A stretch of 64,000 nt of DNA, taken from assembly GCA_964521575.1 (NCBI GenBank), contig CAZFSR010000002.1, forward strand, positions 28,740 through 92,739, given 5' to 3'. A program made the translations under genes and the position numbers. The stretch is from an uncultured Synergistaceae bacterium. Lineage in GTDB: Bacteria > Synergistota > Synergistia > Synergistales > 79-D21. Shown here piece by piece: positions 63,776 through 64,000 of this stretch (within the stretch, counting starts at the first letter, position 1; the number at the start of each line of letters is the position of its first letter). Under the pieces are notes generated by a model that was not told the origin of the DNA, ran no database searches, and saw only the letters and a list, made by a program, of their open reading frames with translations.

Positions 63776-64000
63776 TTACCTCAGGATCTTCTTCACCAGG
63801 CTCCCGTCAGCAGCCATGACTTCCATCAGCAGGGGCATCTTGCCCACGGCGTGCGTGGAGCAGGACAGGCAGGGGTCGTAGCAGCGGATGACGTGCTCCA
63901 TCCGGTTCATGATCCCCTCCGTGACTTCCCCGTTCTTGATGAAATCCTTTGCGACCATCTCCACGCCCCGGTTCATGGCGTAGTTGTTGTGTCCGGTGGC
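63776..64000 (-). CDS. [NiFe] hydrogenase large subunit, C-terminal end (partial, continues beyond the window)
   Basis: It has the C-terminal Ni-binding motif DPCLSCSTH followed by a short cleavable extension ([12 protein letters not shown]...). Confidence 0.8.
   Translation of the reverse strand, partial: ATGHNNYAMNRGVEMVAKDFIKNGEVTEGIMNRMEHVIRCYDPCLSCSTHAVGKMPLLMEVMAADGSLVKKILR

Overview
High-GC bacterial chromosome segment with anaerobe-type gene content. It consists of core metabolic operons interrupted by a composite accessory island. The layout is as follows. (1) 1-2650 holds a decayed tyrosine integrase cut by an IS3-family element, plus a 5'-truncated formate/nitrite-transporter fragment. 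(2) 2855-9273 holds two GntR/FCD regulators, a C-N hydrolase, a TRAP transporter (QMP) and an MFS transporter. (3) 9515-16244 holds a Fur-like regulator, modABC, and the molybdenum-cofactor accessory genes XdhC, a MoCF-domain protein, a MocA-HD fusion and a histidine phosphatase. (4) 16307-23851, on the minus strand, is a xanthine-dehydrogenase-family operon with 2Fe-2S, Mo and FAD subunits, a PreA-like flavoprotein, a cupin, a DUF2848-like protein and a BenE-like permease. (5) About 24466-48076 is a visibly lower-GC island. It carries an SF2 helicase with a DUF1998-like domain and a minimal tyrosine recombinase. It also carries an orphan I-E-like repeat, an IS3 remnant, an inverted degenerate I-C-like repeat, and a complete type I-C CRISPR-Cas locus (21 repeats, 20 spacers; cas3-cas5-cas8c-cas7-cas4-cas1-cas2). 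It ends with an integrative mobilisable element (Rep_trans-like, MobV-like relaxase, integrase, XRE) and a second integrase beside tRNA-Leu(CAA). A 21-23 bp motif occurs at both island ends in direct orientation and once inverted at the cas3 upstream region. (6) 48316-64000 holds a thioesterase, a PduO-type adenosyltransferase, GntR, EamA, RarA, a HAD protein, FdhD, MobA and a cation antiporter. It then holds FocA, a selenocysteine-containing formate dehydrogenase alpha subunit, a NuoF-like subunit, a HATPase protein, a hydrogenase maturation protease and the 3' end of a [NiFe] hydrogenase large subunit. The best candidates for something new are the island architecture and shared motif, the helicase plus mini-recombinase pair, the orphan crRNA-like repeat, and two tandem paralogous small genes directly abutting cas3. 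All functional calls rest on motif recognition by eye. No database search was run.
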